A stretch of DNA of 64,000 nucleotides. It comes from an uncultured delta proteobacterium (GTDB taxonomy: Bacteria > Desulfobacterota > Binatia > DP-6). This document shows, piece by piece, positions 63,130 to 64,000 of this stretch. Under the pieces are notes generated by a model. It did no database searches and was not told where the DNA came from. It saw only the letters and a program-made list of their open reading frames with translations. The stretch covers positions 576,001-640,000 of the forward strand of contig CAWFFN010000005.1 in assembly GCA_963815115.1 (NCBI GenBank), read 5' to 3'. The first letter of the stretch is position 1. Each line of letters starts with the position of its first letter. The translations under genes were made by a program, and so were the position numbers.

Positions 63130-64000
63130 TCAGTACTTGGTGATGACCGTCACCCCGAGCGTGCCGTACTTGTCCATCGACTCGACGACGCCGCCGACCT
63201 CCTCGAGGCCGATGGTGCGGTGGACGAGCTTGCCGGGCTTGAGCTTCCCGCTCTCGACCATGCGGAGCATAGAGGGAAAGCGCGGCGCCTGCATGCCGAG
63301 CGAGCCCAGGATCTGCACCTCCTTCAGGACGATGATGTCGATCGGAAGTGCGATCTCTCCCTTCTCTGCGCTGGAGGTGAGGCCGATCTGGATGTGGCGG
63401 CCGCGCTTGCGGGTGCACATGACGGAATTCCGGCACGTCGCCGCCACCCCGAGCGCGTCGATCGAGACGTGAGCGCCACCCTCGGTGAGCCCCATGATGG
63501 CGCCGATGGGCTCGTCCTTGGCGGCGTTGACGACGTGCACCGCCCCCTCGCCCTTGGCGGCGGCGAGCTTGTCGTCGGAGACGTCGACGGCGATCACGTT
63601 GGCGCCGAGCGCCGAGGCGATCTGCACCGCCGAGAGCCCGACGCCGCCGCACCCGTGGACGGCCACCCACTCGCCTGCCCGCACCTGCGCCCGGTCGACC
63701 ACGGCGTGGAACGAGGTCATGTACCGGCACCCCATGCTCGCCGCGTCGGTGAAGGGGATCGAGTCCGGGAGCGCGACCAGGTTCACGTCCGCGTACGGCA
63801 CGCCGACCAGGCGGCCGAAGCCGCCCCAGTAGGCGACGCCGGGTATCAGCGGCGTGTCACAGACGTTGTGATGGCCACCGCGGCACCACTCGCACGTCCC
63901 CTCGCCCTGACTGAACGGCACCAGCACGCGGCCGCCCTTCTTCCAGCGCGTCACGGCGGGGCCGACCTCCTCGATGACGCCGCAGAACTCGTGGCCGAGC
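63130..64000 (-). CDS. Zinc-dependent alcohol dehydrogenase (partial, 5' end outside the window)
   Basis: LGHEFCG at the window edge, C..C..G..NVC, GCRYMT and GCGGVG Rossmann motif. Confidence 0.9.
   Translation of the reverse strand, partial: LGHEFCGVIEEVGPAVTRWKKGGRVLVPFSQGEGTCEWCRGGHHNVCDTPLIPGVAYWGGFGRLVGVPYADVNLVALPDSIPFTDAASMGCRYMTSFHAVVDRAQVRAGEWVAVHGCGGVGLSAVQIASALGANVIAVDVSDDKLAAAKGEGAVHVVNAAKDEPIGAIMGLTEGGAHVSIDALGVAATCRNSVMCTRKRGRHIQIGLTSSAEKGEIALPIDIIVLKEVQILGSLGMQAPRFPSMLRMVESGKLKPGKLVHRTIGLEEVGGVVESMDKYGTLGVTVITKY

Overview
Very GC-rich bacterial chromosomal segment. Gene content (F420-type LLM oxidoreductase, ferritin-like diiron protein with TetR, Cys-rich and TSP3-repeat secreted proteins, PHM-like copper monooxygenase) suggests a deltaproteobacteria-like lineage such as Ca. 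Binatia; this is inference only. There are about 45 real CDSs, and most long ORFs in the track are antisense or alternate-frame shadows. Housekeeping genes: bcp, fused trpE(G), glgC, frmA, lnt, pbpC with alpha-2-macroglobulin, dapL, a cpoB-like gene and gpsA. Read directly from the DNA: (1) a complete ~2.0-kb IS1595-family element (7145-9141) with 29-bp terminal IRs, a perfect 8-bp target duplication and two passenger ORFs; (2) a trp attenuator leader peptide with three tandem Trp codons and alternative hairpins, absent from the ORF track; (3) a CbbQ/NorQ AAA+ and CbbO/NorD VWA pair with no RuBisCO or NO reductase, co-oriented with TetR and a ferritin-like diiron enzyme; (4) two secreted beta-propeller/diheme cytochrome c proteins, one frameshifted and one coupled to an 8-Cys mini-protein; (5) a coupled HEXXH peptidase and Ddl-like ATP-grasp pair; (6) a cytochrome-like domain fused to a PHM-type copper monooxygenase; (7) two type II toxin-antitoxin pairs and two truncation or deletion scars. 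I saw no rRNA, tRNA or CRISPR array.
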